DNA from: Chloroflexota bacterium
GTDB taxonomy: Bacteria; Chloroflexota; UBA11872; VXOZ01
Reading direction: 5' to 3'
DNA length: 64,000 nucleotides
NCBI GenBank assembly: GCA_964291655.2
Contig: OZ219802.1
Location: 448,001 to 512,000, forward strand
Part shown: positions 38,201 to 48,020 of the stretch, in pieces
Position numbering within the stretch: the first letter of the stretch is position 1
Layout: every line of letters begins with the position of its first letter
The notes under the pieces: generated by a model
Databases searched by the model: none
Seen by the model: the letters and a program-made list of their open reading frames with translations, nothing else
What the model was told of the DNA's origin: nothing
Made by a program: the position numbers and the translations under genes

Positions 38201-40381
38201 CGGCTCAACCGGGGACTCACCGTCTTTCGCCCAGCCATGACGATTCATTTGAAACCGGAGCGGCGCGGTTTCGCCCAGGCTGATTACGGGTCCCTCAAGC
38301 TCCACTACGACGAACAGATTCTTCAGATTCACGTGATGGCGGAATATGTGCAGCAGGGTCTGCAAGCCATGGCGGATGCACTGCGCCTGGCAATGGATTA
38401 CTTCAGCCTGCGCCGGGAGGAGTTTCTGCAGCGCTGGCTACCCGACCGTGACCGGGAGATTTCCCGTCAAACTACACCGGAATCGTGGCAGACCATCGTC
38501 GAGAGCCTCAAGAACCCAATCCAGCGCCGTATCGTTGCTGATGAACGGGAGCAGACAAATGTCTTGGTGCTCGCCGGCCCCGGCTCGGGCAAGACACGCG
38601 TGCTGGTGCATCGCATTGCCTTCTTGATACGCGCGAAGCGTGAGAACCCCCGCGGCATCCTGGCGCTCGCGTACAACCGACACGCGGCGGTTGAGGTTCG
38701 TCGCCGGCTTGCAAAACTCATTGGCGATGACGCCCGAGGAGTAATTTTACTTACCTGCCACGCGCTCGCCATGCGGCTGGTAGGCGCGAGCTTCACGGGA
38801 CGCGCGAACCGACTGAACGAAGAAGACTTTCAAGTAATCCTACGACAAGCCGTAGAACTGCTCCGCGGTGAAGGTCTGGAGCCCGATGAAGCTGACGAAT
38901 ACCGCACCCGGTTGCTCGCGGGCTTCCGCTGGATTCTCGTCGACGAGTACCAGGACATTGGGCCGGACCAATATGCGCTCATATCCGCACTGGCTGGCAG
39001 GACACTGTCCGAGGAAGACGACAAAATAAGCCTGTTCGCGGTGGGAGACGACGATCAGAACATCTACGCGTTCAATGGCTCATCCGTCGAGTTTATTCGC
39101 CGCTTTGAAAAGGACTACGCGGCACGACCCATATACCTTACAGACAACTATCGCTCTACTGGTAACGTGATTGAGGCGTCCAACAAGGTCATTGAGGCGG
39201 CGCGCCAGCGGATGAAAGCCGGTCATCCGATCCGCGTTGACCGGGCGCGGGCGCGCGCGCCAGCCGGCGGTGTGTGGGCTCAGGTGGATCCCATCACCAA
39301 AGGTCGTGTCCAGATACTGCAAGCTGGAGAAACGCCGGTCTCCCAAGCCCAAACGGTCGTTGCTGAGCTCAAGCGCATGTCCAGTTTCGCGCCAGACTGG
39401 GATTGGTCTACGTGCGCAGTAGTCGCCCGCGAATGGAGCTACCTTGATCCGGTGCGGAGCCTTTGCGAACTCGAAGATATACCGGTGCAGATGGCGAACG
39501 AAGAGTTCACGGGGGTCTGGTTCTTACGGGAAACGCAAACGCTCATAAGCTGGCTGCGCGGGAGAGAGTCCCGCCTAGTCTCAAGCGCTGACCTGAAAGC
39601 CTGGGTCGCCGAGCAACCCTTCGGCCCTTGGATTGAACTCTTGCTTGAAGCATTCGATGAATTCGCGTTGGAAACCAGCGGCTCCGAAACTTCAGTGGAC
39701 CACTGCATCGAATGGCTGGCGGAGTGGGCACGAGACGTGCGCCGCCGCCAGCGCGGCTTGCTGTTGCTGACCGCTCACCGCGCCAAAGGCTTGGAATTCA
39801 ATCACGTCGTCGTGCTGGACGGCGGCTGGGATCGCGTTGGCCGTGAGGAGGATAACGACGCACCGCGTCGGCTTTACTATGTGGCAATGACCCGCGCCCG
39901 GCAGACTCTCGCTCTGGCGCGACTGTCAGAGTCGCACCCGTTCCAGGTCGCCCTTTCTGACATCCTCTCAGTGCAGAATCGCGAACAACCTGCCGGCCTG
40001 CCGCCGGCAAGGCCGGAATTGGCGCGCAGCTATCGTCGACTGAGCCTGCGCGACGTCTTTCTCAGCTTTGCCGGATACAGGCGTGCGGGCGATCAAGTAC
40101 ATCGCGCCATTGCTGCCCTCTCGCCCGGTGACTCGCTGGGTGTGCGATCTGGCCCAAGACGCTGGGAGCTTTTGGATCGCAAGGGAACGGTCGTCGGCCA
40201 GCTCGCGAGCAGCTTTACGCCGCCCGAAGGTATGCGCTGCGTAATTGCCACAGTTTTGGCGGTTGCTAAGTGGAGCAAAGAGGCCTCCGAGACGCAGTTT
40301 CAAGACAACCTGCGCTGCGAAGAGTGGGAAGTTGTGGTACCGGAGTTGGTATTCGAACCGGATCACGGTCCGGCGGACTAA
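35258..40381 (+). CDS. RecQ-family helicase fused to an N-terminal DEDD-like exonuclease and a C-terminal UvrD/Rep helicase
   Basis: LDLE/GHN..FD exonuclease motifs; PTGTGKS, DEAHC, WGHDFRPDY, QEAGRAGRD (RecQ); AGPGSGKT, DEYQD, GDDDQNIY, NYRS, AKGLEF, YVAMTRAR (UvrD). Confidence 0.93.
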   Translation: MVTDETGRLFLRCLSLDLEVNTRDDRIFALAGVRPDIGKSVVFPAGGHGLSAALSQLDNLSDGADFLLGHNLIAFDLPRLQAANPSLRLLRLPAVDTLRLNPLAFPRNPYHHLVKHYQDGQLRRGKINDPELDARLTLEVFSDQQKALRAAPTDLQLAWHWLTSVQDGTGFDWVFTLLRQTGRPTDSEAHEAICRILAGNACATHTNETIADASHLSWPLAYALAWLSVAGGNSVMPPWVRHQFPAAGLLVRRLRDTACADPACEWCRERHDAGKELARWFGFPNFRPEPADEDGRPMQQSIVETAMAGEHVLGILPTGTGKSVCYQIPALSRYDKTGALTVVISPLVALMADQVAGLEARGIGSCVTINSILSMPERSDALERVRLGDASILLISPEQLRSVSVRRVLEQREIGAWVLDEAHCLSKWGHDFRPDYRYVGRFIRQRAGEEPVPPVLCLTATAKPDVMAELVAYFREELGITMQVFDGGAQRTNLEFVVVQTSVGEKFAHIHHILTDDLSEEGGGAIVYCATQRNAEEIAEFLQAKEVKADYFHAGLSPETKKDVQRNFIQGELHVIVATNAFGMGIDKPNVRLVIHADMPSSLENYLQEAGRAGRDQQSARCVLLYTLEDVERQFSLSARSRLTRQEIYGVLRALRNLDRKRRLEGNVVATSGEILGEDDEKVFQRDSATDDTRTRTAVAWLEEAELLNREENRVQIFPSSLRVNSVSEASAKLQKAKITPFYRGKLQTIAEALIDADADEGISTDELMAASGLDSEGVRAAIYDLERLGIASNDTVLTAFVHSGVQRQSRQRFERAADLEQALIKLLQETDQVTEKGDSWPLHLRQVTQRLRDDGHSHALPELVRRIIRSIAADGRGEGGSGGSLGVRGRDAETLYVTLQRDWNSLSKTAELRRAAAGRLLDDLLAGLPPGTRGTDLLVETTLGKLLGAVSSDMALASEVKSPVKLTDRALLWLHEQEVIRLNRGLTVFRPAMTIHLKPERRGFAQADYGSLKLHYDEQILQIHVMAEYVQQGLQAMADALRLAMDYFSLRREEFLQRWLPDRDREISRQTTPESWQTIVESLKNPIQRRIVADEREQTNVLVLAGPGSGKTRVLVHRIAFLIRAKRENPRGILALAYNRHAAVEVRRRLAKLIGDDARGVILLTCHALAMRLVGASFTGRANRLNEEDFQVILRQAVELLRGEGLEPDEADEYRTRLLAGFRWILVDEYQDIGPDQYALISALAGRTLSEEDDKISLFAVGDDDQNIYAFNGSSVEFIRRFEKDYAARPIYLTDNYRSTGNVIEASNKVIEAARQRMKAGHPIRVDRARARAPAGGVWAQVDPITKGRVQILQAGETPVSQAQTVVAELKRMSSFAPDWDWSTCAVVAREWSYLDPVRSLCELEDIPVQMANEEFTGVWFLRETQTLISWLRGRESRLVSSADLKAWVAEQPFGPWIELLLEAFDEFALETSGSETSVDHCIEWLAEWARDVRRRQRGLLLLTAHRAKGLEFNHVVVLDGGWDRVGREEDNDAPRRLYYVAMTRARQTLALARLSESHPFQVALSDILSVQNREQPAGLPPARPELARSYRRLSLRDVFLSFAGYRRAGDQVHRAIAALSPGDSLGVRSGPRRWELLDRKGTVVGQLASSFTPPEGMRCVIATVLAVAKWSKEASETQFQDNLRCEEWEVVVPELVFEPDHGPAD

Positions 40382-40915
40382 GCCTTGATTTGGAAGAGCC
40401 ATTGTTGACCCAAGCACTGACAATATGCGGAAACATTCTTGTCCCTAGGTCATCCCCTCAGTCCACCAGCAACATAGAATGGAAGGGCGCGCTGCAAATG
40501 GTGAATCCACCTGGTTGTGGGGCAATCACGGACGACGTAGCGAATCATCGGTCCAATGTGGCCCAATAAACCCACCCATTTCATCGCTCCCGAGATTGGT
40601 GGAGAACCAAAACTCAATACTGTGCAAGATGAGTCAAATTGCGGCCTTAACATCTCCTGCACCACGCCCTACTATGGAATCTTCCTGATAGGAGTGGCGC
40701 TCGCACACTGCAGCTCCAAGACACAGTCAGCAAGCGCGACTCTCTCTATGCAACCAAGCACCGGAAAGAACCGTCCAATGGGACGAGTTTATTCGACGAT
40801 ATGGGTGACGCAACCGGTACTTCCTGCTTCAATCAAATTGAAGGAAATATGCTGGCGCCTGCCGGGTTGGTGGTGCGCAGTCTTGAGGTATCCAAAAAGG
40901 CTTGAGGGTCTTTGA

Positions 40916-41662
40916 TCAACTGCCAGGAGGGCGGCGAGCAAGACTAAAACTCTGTCCGGTGGGCCCGCCCGGCGGCTGCGAGGCCAGCCATACGGTGAGA
41001 TCCGCCACTTCCTCGGGCAGCTTCACGCGCTCGCTCGGCGCAAAGGGCGGCGGTCCGTCCAACGTGAATCTGTCGGCCGTAAGGGGCGTAAGCACCGGCC
41101 CAGGCACAATTTCGTTTACGTCTATGCCGTGTTCCCATACTTCCATGGAGAGGCACTTTGTGAACATCCACACCGCCGCCTTGGCCGTGTTGTACGAGGA
41201 GCTCCCGGCACGCGCCTCGTGACCCATGCCGGAACCGATATTGATAATCTTGCCACCGCCGCCTGCGATCATTCCCGGCAAGACAAAGCGCGTACAAGCG
41301 TACGTGCCCACTAAGTTGGCGGAAATGCAATCGACCCAGAGGTCCGGCGTGCTTTCCGCAACCGGAGCGTTCTCGGTGCCGCCTCCGGCATTGTTGACCA
41401 AGATGTCGATGCCGCCCAATGCCGCCGTCGCTTCGTGCACCATGCGTTCAACTTGACTCGTGTCCCCAACATCGCACACATAGGACACGGCAACGCCGCC
41501 GGCCGCGTGCATCTCCTTGGCTACAGCAGTTAGCTGGTCTTCAGAACGGGCAGTAATTGCAACCTGCGCTCCTTCATTGGCACAGGCGAGCGCAATAGAG
41601 CGGCCGATGCCGCGCCCGCCTCCTGTAATGAGCACACGGCGTCCGGCGAGCAAGTCTGACAT
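40916..41662 (-). CDS. Short-chain dehydrogenase/reductase
   Basis: TGGGRGIG, NNAG, YNTAK, VPGPV. Confidence 0.95.
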   Translation of the reverse strand: MSDLLAGRRVLITGGGRGIGRSIALACANEGAQVAITARSEDQLTAVAKEMHAAGGVAVSYVCDVGDTSQVERMVHEATAALGGIDILVNNAGGGTENAPVAESTPDLWVDCISANLVGTYACTRFVLPGMIAGGGGKIINIGSGMGHEARAGSSSYNTAKAAVWMFTKCLSMEVWEHGIDVNEIVPGPVLTPLTADRFTLDGPPPFAPSERVKLPEEVADLTVWLASQPPGGPTGQSFSLARRPPGS

Positions 41663-41810
41663 GCAACTCTCTCCAATTGTACTAATCCTTGCCGAGAAAC
41701 CCGATTCTCATGAGTCAGTGTCTCCCATCTCCTGATTTCTTCCGTGGCCATTGAGACGCAGACACTTGAAGGGCAGCGATCAAATTGGGCTTGCATAGAA
41801 TTGGATAAGC

Positions 41811-41839
41811 TTGACTGAGCCACAGAATTTACCTACAGT
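41811..41839 (+). promoter_or_regulatory. Putative sigma70 promoter for tRNA-Gly
   Basis: TTGACT-17 bp-TACAGT, 20 bp before the tRNA. Confidence 0.6.
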
Positions 41840-41859
41840 AGACGGTAGTATGCACTCGC

Positions 41860-41934
41860 GCGGGCATGGTGTAGTGGCAACACGCGACCTTCCCAAGGTT
41901 GAGACCGTGGGTTCGAATCCCATTGCCCGCTCCA
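41860..41934 (+). tRNA. tRNA-Gly (CCC)
   Basis: Cloverleaf: GCGGGCA/TGCCCGC acceptor, anticodon loop TTCCCAA, GGTTCGAATCC T-arm, encoded CCA. Confidence 0.97.
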
Positions 41935-41979
41935 AATCTGAATTTCTTCGCGCGTCCCAATGTCGCTCAGGCAACGAGG

Positions 41980-42501
41980 CTATTCTTGTGGGTTCTCTTC
42001 CGGCTGACCTTCTTCTGCCGTGCGTCCTGCAAGGTCGCGGTCGAGTTCGAACATGCCGCTTGGCGAATCTTGAAGGAGCCTGACTTTCTTCAGAAGGTCA
42101 CGGGAAACGCGCTCTTCTTCCACTTGTTCGAGGAGGAACCACTCGAGCTCCACGAGCGTCGTGTGGTCGCTCTCTTTTTCGGCCAGGTCTGAGAGATTGT
42201 GGAACATGCGCGTGACCTTTTGTTCTTGCGCCAAAACCTGCTCAAACACCGCCAATGGGGACTCGAATGAGCCTGGCGCTTCAATGTCCTGAATCTCTAC
42301 AGCGCCACCCCGGTCCACGACAATACCTATGATGCGCAGCGCATGTTGACGCTCCTCATCGCTCTGCAAACGCAGCCAGTGTCCAAAGCCGCGAAAGGCC
42401 AACGAATCAAAGTATGCTCCCATTGCCAAATAGAGATTCGAGGCGTAGAGTTCGGCTGTAATCTGCTTGTTGTACGCTGCTTCGATCTTCTCCGAAATCA
42501 T
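41980..42501 (-). CDS. ftn: Ferritin (non-haem)
   Basis: QITAELYASNLYLAM, QSDEERQHA, WFLLEQVEEE ferroxidase motifs. Confidence 0.93.
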   Translation of the reverse strand: MISEKIEAAYNKQITAELYASNLYLAMGAYFDSLAFRGFGHWLRLQSDEERQHALRIIGIVVDRGGAVEIQDIEAPGSFESPLAVFEQVLAQEQKVTRMFHNLSDLAEKESDHTTLVELEWFLLEQVEEERVSRDLLKKVRLLQDSPSGMFELDRDLAGRTAEEGQPEENPQE

Positions 42502-43000
42502 CGTCAGATCCTCTTCTAATCTGCGGGAATGCCCCCAAATTGGTAACCGTTCCATCTCATTATACTTGAGAACTAACCGACAACATCATCCCAATGGAAT
42601 TACTCTTGGCTGTGCGAGCTGAAGGCAATTCTAGTGGATCCCTGTCTCCTGCCGCACTTGGGAGAATCCACCGCAATTGGAGAAAACTACCGAGCTCGAC
42701 AAGCTCTGTAGCGAAGAGAGTCCTGATCTCGGTAACTCAGTCGCGGCAACCTGTAAAACCTTGAATTCCAGAAATCTAGCTAAGTATATATAGCTTACGA
42801 ATTGACCAATCTCCGTGCTCCGCGGTTCGACCTGCTGCCACGTGGCCGGATCGGCAGGGCCGGCACTCTACAAACAGGGCGGAGAATGGTACGGTAGTAG
42901 TAGACAGAGATGTAATGAATCGTCCGGGCTGTTGCCGCTAGCGCAGGCAGCACCGGCAAGTAAAGCAAAGGCGTAAGGCAGGCCACAAGGAGGCAGAGGC

Positions 43001-44038
43001 ATGTCAGTCTATGATCGCGGCGGGCCGCAGGGCGGGCCGCCGGATGATGAAGACAATGAAGATTTCGGAGAAATGCTCCGTCAAACCCGAGAACGGGCCC
43101 GACGGTTACAGCGCTTCATTTTTCTCGGCGTTATCGTCGCGGTGGTGCTCTGGGTAGGGTCGGGCGTGTACATCGTGGACCCCGCCGAACAGGGCGTCGT
43201 GCTCCAATTCGGACGGCACGTGAATACCTCTTCGCCTGGCGTGAACTATCACCTGCCCTGGCCGATCCAGAACGTGGTGATCGTCGATATTGCGAACGTG
43301 CGCCGTGCCGAAATCGGCTTCCGCAGCGTCGAAGGTCAAGAGACGCGGCGCATCCTCGAGGAAGCGCTCATGCTTACGGCTGACGAGAACATCGTCGAGG
43401 TCGGAATGCTCGTGCAGTATCGCGTGAAAGACGCTGCGGCGTTCGTATTCAACGTGAACAATCCGGAGGCCGTACTGCACACCACTACGGAAGTAGCCCT
43501 GCGTAGCGCCGTAGGCAAGATGCCGATTGACGGCGTGATTACCGAACGACGCGCGGAAGTTCAAGAAAATACGCGCGCATATCTCCAGGAACTCATCGAC
43601 GAATACGATGCGGGCATCCTGATCACCGACGTACGCCTGCAAGTGGCAGACGCGCCCGATCAAGTGCGTGATGCCTTCCACGAGGTAGTGCGTGCGCGTG
43701 AGGACCGTGAGCGCAAGGTAAATGAGGCCCAGGCCTACCGCGAGGACGTGGTGCCGCGGGCACGCGGTGAAGCGGAACGCATTCTGCAGCAAGCCCTGGC
43801 TTACCAGGAAGAACGTGTGCGCAGCGCACGCGGTGAGAGCGAGCGCTTCCTCTCAATTCTGGAGGAATACCGGCGCGCTCCTGAAGTGACCCGCGAACGC
43901 ATGTACATCGAGGCGGTCGAGCTCGCCATGGCGAGAGTGGAGAAGGTATTGATTTCGCAGTCCGATAGCGGCGTCCTGCCTTTCCTCCCGCTACGTAGTC
44001 TACAATCTGGTTCCCAACCATCAAGCATTAGCCAATAA
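43001..44038 (+). CDS. hflK: FtsH protease modulator HflK
   Basis: SPFH domain, GVVLQFG, HLPWPI, MLTADENIV, VPRARGEA, APEVTRERMY. Confidence 0.95.
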   Translation: MSVYDRGGPQGGPPDDEDNEDFGEMLRQTRERARRLQRFIFLGVIVAVVLWVGSGVYIVDPAEQGVVLQFGRHVNTSSPGVNYHLPWPIQNVVIVDIANVRRAEIGFRSVEGQETRRILEEALMLTADENIVEVGMLVQYRVKDAAAFVFNVNNPEAVLHTTTEVALRSAVGKMPIDGVITERRAEVQENTRAYLQELIDEYDAGILITDVRLQVADAPDQVRDAFHEVVRAREDRERKVNEAQAYREDVVPRARGEAERILQQALAYQEERVRSARGESERFLSILEEYRRAPEVTRERMYIEAVELAMARVEKVLISQSDSGVLPFLPLRSLQSGSQPSSISQ

Positions 44039-44050
44039 AGGAGGTGCCGC

Positions 44051-44968
44051 ATGGGACGCACGCTAACTGTTATTGTTGCCCTCGGGGCACTGGCCTTGTT
44101 CACATTCTCGCAGGTGACGTTTGTCGTCACCGAGACCAATCAAGCCATCATCCTGCAACTTGGCGAATATCAGTACACAGCCAGGGACCCGGGGCTGTAC
44201 TTCAAGCTGCCCTTTGTCCAGGATGCTGTGTACTTCGATCGACGCTTGCTCTCCAGTGACGCTGAACCACAGGAGTATTTGACTCTTGACAAGAAGCGTG
44301 TGCGCGTGGACCACGTTACACGCTGGCGCATCGTTGATCCGCTCAAGTTTTTTATTAGCGTACAGAATGAGAACGGTGCCCGGGCACGCTTGGACGACGT
44401 GGTGTTCTCAGAGCTGCGACGCACGCTGGCGACATTTAACTTCGACGTTATGATCGCCGGCGAGCGCGAGAATATCATGGAGGCCGTCACGATTGCCAGC
44501 CGTGTGCGCGCCTTGGACTTCGGCATCGAGGTAATCGATGTACGCTTCAAGCGCGCCGACCTGCCGGAAGAGGTCGAGGAGAGCGTCTTCGAGCGCATGA
44601 AGGCCGAGCGCACGCGGGAAGCCAACCGCTACCGCGCCGAGGGTGAGGAGCAAGGCGCTGAAATCATGGCTTCGGCAGACCGCGAGCGCATCGTAATCGT
44701 CGCGGAAGCCGAAGAAGAAGCGGCGCAAATACGGGGGGAAGGCGACGCTGAAGCTATCGCCATCTACGCCAATGCCCTCAACCAAGACCCTGAATTCTTC
44801 GCCTTCCGACGCCGACTTGAAGCCTACGTCAAGGTGTTGCAGGAAGGCGACATACTTGTGATTTCGCCGGACAGCGAGTTCTTCAAGTATCTCGTCGATC
44901 CTTCACCGCAGCGAGACGTGGGAACGGCGCCGCCGGTGCTGAGCCCAACGCTTGAAGAAGACGAGTAA
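44051..44968 (+). CDS. hflC: FtsH protease modulator HflC
   Basis: PGLYFKLPF, LTLDKK, WRIVDP, FERMKAER, DPEFFAF. Confidence 0.95.
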   Translation: MGRTLTVIVALGALALFTFSQVTFVVTETNQAIILQLGEYQYTARDPGLYFKLPFVQDAVYFDRRLLSSDAEPQEYLTLDKKRVRVDHVTRWRIVDPLKFFISVQNENGARARLDDVVFSELRRTLATFNFDVMIAGERENIMEAVTIASRVRALDFGIEVIDVRFKRADLPEEVEESVFERMKAERTREANRYRAEGEEQGAEIMASADRERIVIVAEAEEEAAQIRGEGDAEAIAIYANALNQDPEFFAFRRRLEAYVKVLQEGDILVISPDSEFFKYLVDPSPQRDVGTAPPVLSPTLEEDE

Positions 44969-44999
44969 CGGGCACGAGCGTTGCAACAGAGTAGACGAC

Positions 45000-45035
45000 A
45001 AGAGGGCTGCCGGTCGCATGACCGGCAGCCCTCTT
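45000..45035. terminator. Terminator-like hairpin after hflC
   Basis: Perfect 16-bp stem AAGAGGGCTGCCGGTC-gcat-GACCGGCAGCCCTCTT. Confidence 0.7.
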
Positions 45036-45252
45036 CCTATGCAACACAACCTGAGTGTCGCCACAGGAGGCAGCCGTCATTCCGGCGAAAGCCGGAATCC
45101 AGCCTATGTTGAGGAATCGCTTCGCAATCACCACCCAAAGGGATAGGAGTAGCTGGAAAACCCCGCGGCGCTCGTGGAGCATCCGGTCAGGCCCGCTGGC
45201 CGGTTCCCGGCATTCCCACGCGGAGTGCTATACTAGAGACAGCACATAGCAT

Positions 45253-45328
45253 GCCCCGTTAGCTCAGTGGATAGAGCACTGGCTTGCGGAGCCAGGGGTC
45301 GAGCGTTCGAGTCGCTCACGGGGTACCA
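45253..45328 (+). tRNA. tRNA-Arg (GCG)
   Basis: GCCCCGT/ACGGGGT acceptor, AGCTCAGTGGATAGAGC D-arm, CTGGC-TTGCGGA-GCCAG anticodon arm, GTTCGAGTC, CCA; TGcTATACT extended -10 at 45226-45234. Confidence 0.95.
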
Positions 45329-45503
45329 ACGAAGGCCACATGACTGCGGGTTGCCGCATGCTGGTGGATTTGCCCACTTGGCAAGACAGCGCATTGCGGA
45401 ACCCGGTGGCCTGACAGCCTTGTGTACAGTTGCCACATTGCGGTAGACGCCAAGCACCCATGTCGCGCTTGTCAACCCCTACCGGACTCCTTCACCAGAC
45501 CGC

Positions 45504-46394
45504 TTACATCATCCCGTGGCCGAAGGGGTCGTCGCCGATCCAGCGTTCGTCGGCGGGTTCGCTGGCAAGTTGGTAGCGGGTGTCGGTGGAGAGGCGGATG
45601 CGGTTCTCCGGGCTTTCGTTATCGATAGCGCAGTGGAGCGTGAACATACCAAAGACGAGCAGATCCCCCGGCTCGAACTCCGTAGTAAGCCAGCGCCCCC
45701 CGTACCGCTGCTGCGGCTGATTCGGGTTCTTTGTCAGCCAACCGCCGCCGTAGGGATTCTTATCCTTATCCCTGTCCACGTCGATCTTGCCGTAAGTATT
45801 CTGTAACTCGTGCCATTTGTGGGAGCCCTGCAGTATCGCCAGGGGACCGTCAGCCAACGGCACCGCACCCTGCGGTATCCACGCGGTCATGAGTTTCGGC
45901 GTGCCGCGTCCCATGTACACCCAGTCGAAGTGGCAGCCGGTAGCCGCCCCGCGCCTCACGTTCCTCACCCAAACGTAATCAAGATGCAGCACCTCATCAC
46001 CAAAGAACTGCTCGAAGAACTCCATGACCCGGCCGGAGAAGCAGACCTCACTGAGCGCCGGGCCTGAACGCAAGTTTCGTGCGAACTCCTGACGATCCGT
46101 CGCGCTGATGCCGCTGGTATCACCCGAAAATATGGATTCCATGAAGGGTTCGGAACGATCAATCAGGCCGATCTCATCGAGCTTGCCGATCAGTTCTCGG
46201 CGCGCCGCCAGCACCTTCTCCTTGTCCAAATAACCGCGCAGGAGCAGATAGCCGTCCTCTGCGAACCGCTCGTGGAGGGCGGCAGTGTCGCCTAACAAAC
46301 TCTTAGAGTCTCGCAACTCCCCAAACGTCTCATTCGAGAGGTCGAAGGCATTACCATTGGACGTTAAGGTATCCGGTAGGACCGTCGTCTTCAT
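45504..46394 (-). CDS. Phytanoyl-CoA dioxygenase family protein (copy 1)
   Basis: EDGYLLLR, HFD, TAWIP, GPLAIL.GSH, PGDLL.F..TLH, RLSTDTRY. Confidence 0.93.
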   Translation of the reverse strand: MKTTVLPDTLTSNGNAFDLSNETFGELRDSKSLLGDTAALHERFAEDGYLLLRGYLDKEKVLAARRELIGKLDEIGLIDRSEPFMESIFSGDTSGISATDRQEFARNLRSGPALSEVCFSGRVMEFFEQFFGDEVLHLDYVWVRNVRRGAATGCHFDWVYMGRGTPKLMTAWIPQGAVPLADGPLAILQGSHKWHELQNTYGKIDVDRDKDKNPYGGGWLTKNPNQPQQRYGGRWLTTEFEPGDLLVFGMFTLHCAIDNESPENRIRLSTDTRYQLASEPADERWIGDDPFGHGMM

Positions 46395-46831
46395 CGCCAC
46401 CTTGCCAACCCTCCCGCTGTGCGTAGCTGCCACAAAACTGCGGAGCCGCTCCTGGTCGTTAGCGTGAATTGGCGTATGCCGCAGCTAGATCAATACTACA
46501 TTTTGCGCACAGCCACCGCAATCCGGCGGCACGCACCAACTAAACGATCTCTTCATCAGGTAATCTGGCGGGGTGAAAAGCAGGACAACACAACAGAGGC
46601 GCCACTTTGGCCCAAGAGCCGCAGGGCCTTGCCGGCTGACATGCGTCGTCAGCCAAGCCCAGCCGGAAACTAGCTTCGACGCCGATGAAAGGCTTGAGTA
46701 AGACTCACGAGCGAACCCGGAAATCGTAGCTGCTCCTGCTGCGGCCACTAGGTGGATTCAAGTACACCAATGCCCTAACCAATACCGCTAGCGCCCGGAT
46801 TCCTGCGGGTCGGCTGCCCAAAGGTCAGCGC

Positions 46832-47722
46832 CTACATCATGCCGTGGCCGAAGGGATCGTCCCCGATCCAGCGTTCGTCGGCCGGTTCGCTGGCAAGCTG
46901 GTAGCGCGTATCGGTGGAGAGGCGTATGCGGTTCTCAGGGCTTTCGTTGTCCAGTGAGCAGTGTAGTGTGAACATACCGAACATGAGCAGGTCTCCTGGT
47001 TCAAACTCAGTCGTGAGCCAGCGCCCGCCATAGCGTTGCTGCGGCTGACTTGGGTCTTTCGTCAGCGAGCCGCCGCCGTACGGATTCTTGTCCTTATCCT
47101 TGTCTACGTCAATCGCGCCGTAAGTCTGCTGCAATTCCTGCCACTTGTGGGACCCGTGCAGAATCGCCAGAGGTCCGTCACACAAGGGTACTGCTCCCTG
47201 GGGAATCCAAGCCGTCATAACGTTGCGCGTGCCGCGACCCATATACACCCAGTCGAAGTGACAGGGCGTAGCAGCTCCGCGTCGTCTGTTCCGCACCCAA
47301 ATGTAATTGAGGTGGAGCACTTCGTCCCCGAAGAATTCCTCGAAGAAGCTCATGATCCTGCCGGAGAAGCAAATCTCCTTCAGCGCGGGGCCGGAGCGGA
47401 GCTCGCGGGCAAATTCCTTGCGGTCCGAGGCGCTTATGCCGCTGGTATCGCCCGAAAAGACGGCGTCCATAAAGGGCTTACCGCGATCGATCAGGCCGAT
47501 TTCGTCGAGCTTTGCGATGAGCTCACGGCGCGCCGCCAGCACCTTTTTCTTGTCGAGATAGTTTCGGAAGAGCAAGTAGCCGTCCTCGGCAAGCCGCTCA
47601 TGAATGGCGTTCACATCCCCGAGCAAGCTGTTGGCATCCCGCAATTCGCCAAAGGTCTCGTTGGAGAGGTCGAAGGCGTTGCCATTCGACGTCAATGAAT
47701 CCGGTAGTACCGTCGTTCTCAT
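46832..47722 (-). CDS. Phytanoyl-CoA dioxygenase family protein (copy 2, tandem paralogue)
   Basis: Same motifs; colinear and highly similar to copy 1. Confidence 0.93.
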   Translation of the reverse strand: MRTTVLPDSLTSNGNAFDLSNETFGELRDANSLLGDVNAIHERLAEDGYLLFRNYLDKKKVLAARRELIAKLDEIGLIDRGKPFMDAVFSGDTSGISASDRKEFARELRSGPALKEICFSGRIMSFFEEFFGDEVLHLNYIWVRNRRRGAATPCHFDWVYMGRGTRNVMTAWIPQGAVPLCDGPLAILHGSHKWQELQQTYGAIDVDKDKDKNPYGGGSLTKDPSQPQQRYGGRWLTTEFEPGDLLMFGMFTLHCSLDNESPENRIRLSTDTRYQLASEPADERWIGDDPFGHGMM

Positions 47723-48020
47723 TGCCACCTGTCAAAGCCTCCCATTCTTCGCGACTGCCTACGTACGGCGACTACAATTGTGCATCTGCTTTACACGTGC
47801 CTGCTGCCCCCAAACCCATGCTACGATCTGCGCGGGCACTCCGCTATCTGTTGGCAGGCAATTACGTTTCATCTATTGTGCCGGAGATTGCCAGCAACGT
47901 TCCCATCGAGAACGAGCCGTTTCCGTTCTTGCAGGGCCGCCCACTCCGGGTGAATTTTCACCATGATTTGCCCAAGGTAACTAATCTCACGGCTCCGGCG
48001 CTTGCTGCCCGGACACGGCC

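Noticed and set aside
40385-40915. Possible small partner gene downstream of the RecQ-UvrD fusion
   Set aside because: Only short overlapping ORFs with no RBS or recognisable motif; may be a decayed remnant
41860-41934. tRNA-anchored genomic island or prophage
   Set aside because: No integrase in the window, and I saw no duplicated tRNA 3' end (att site)
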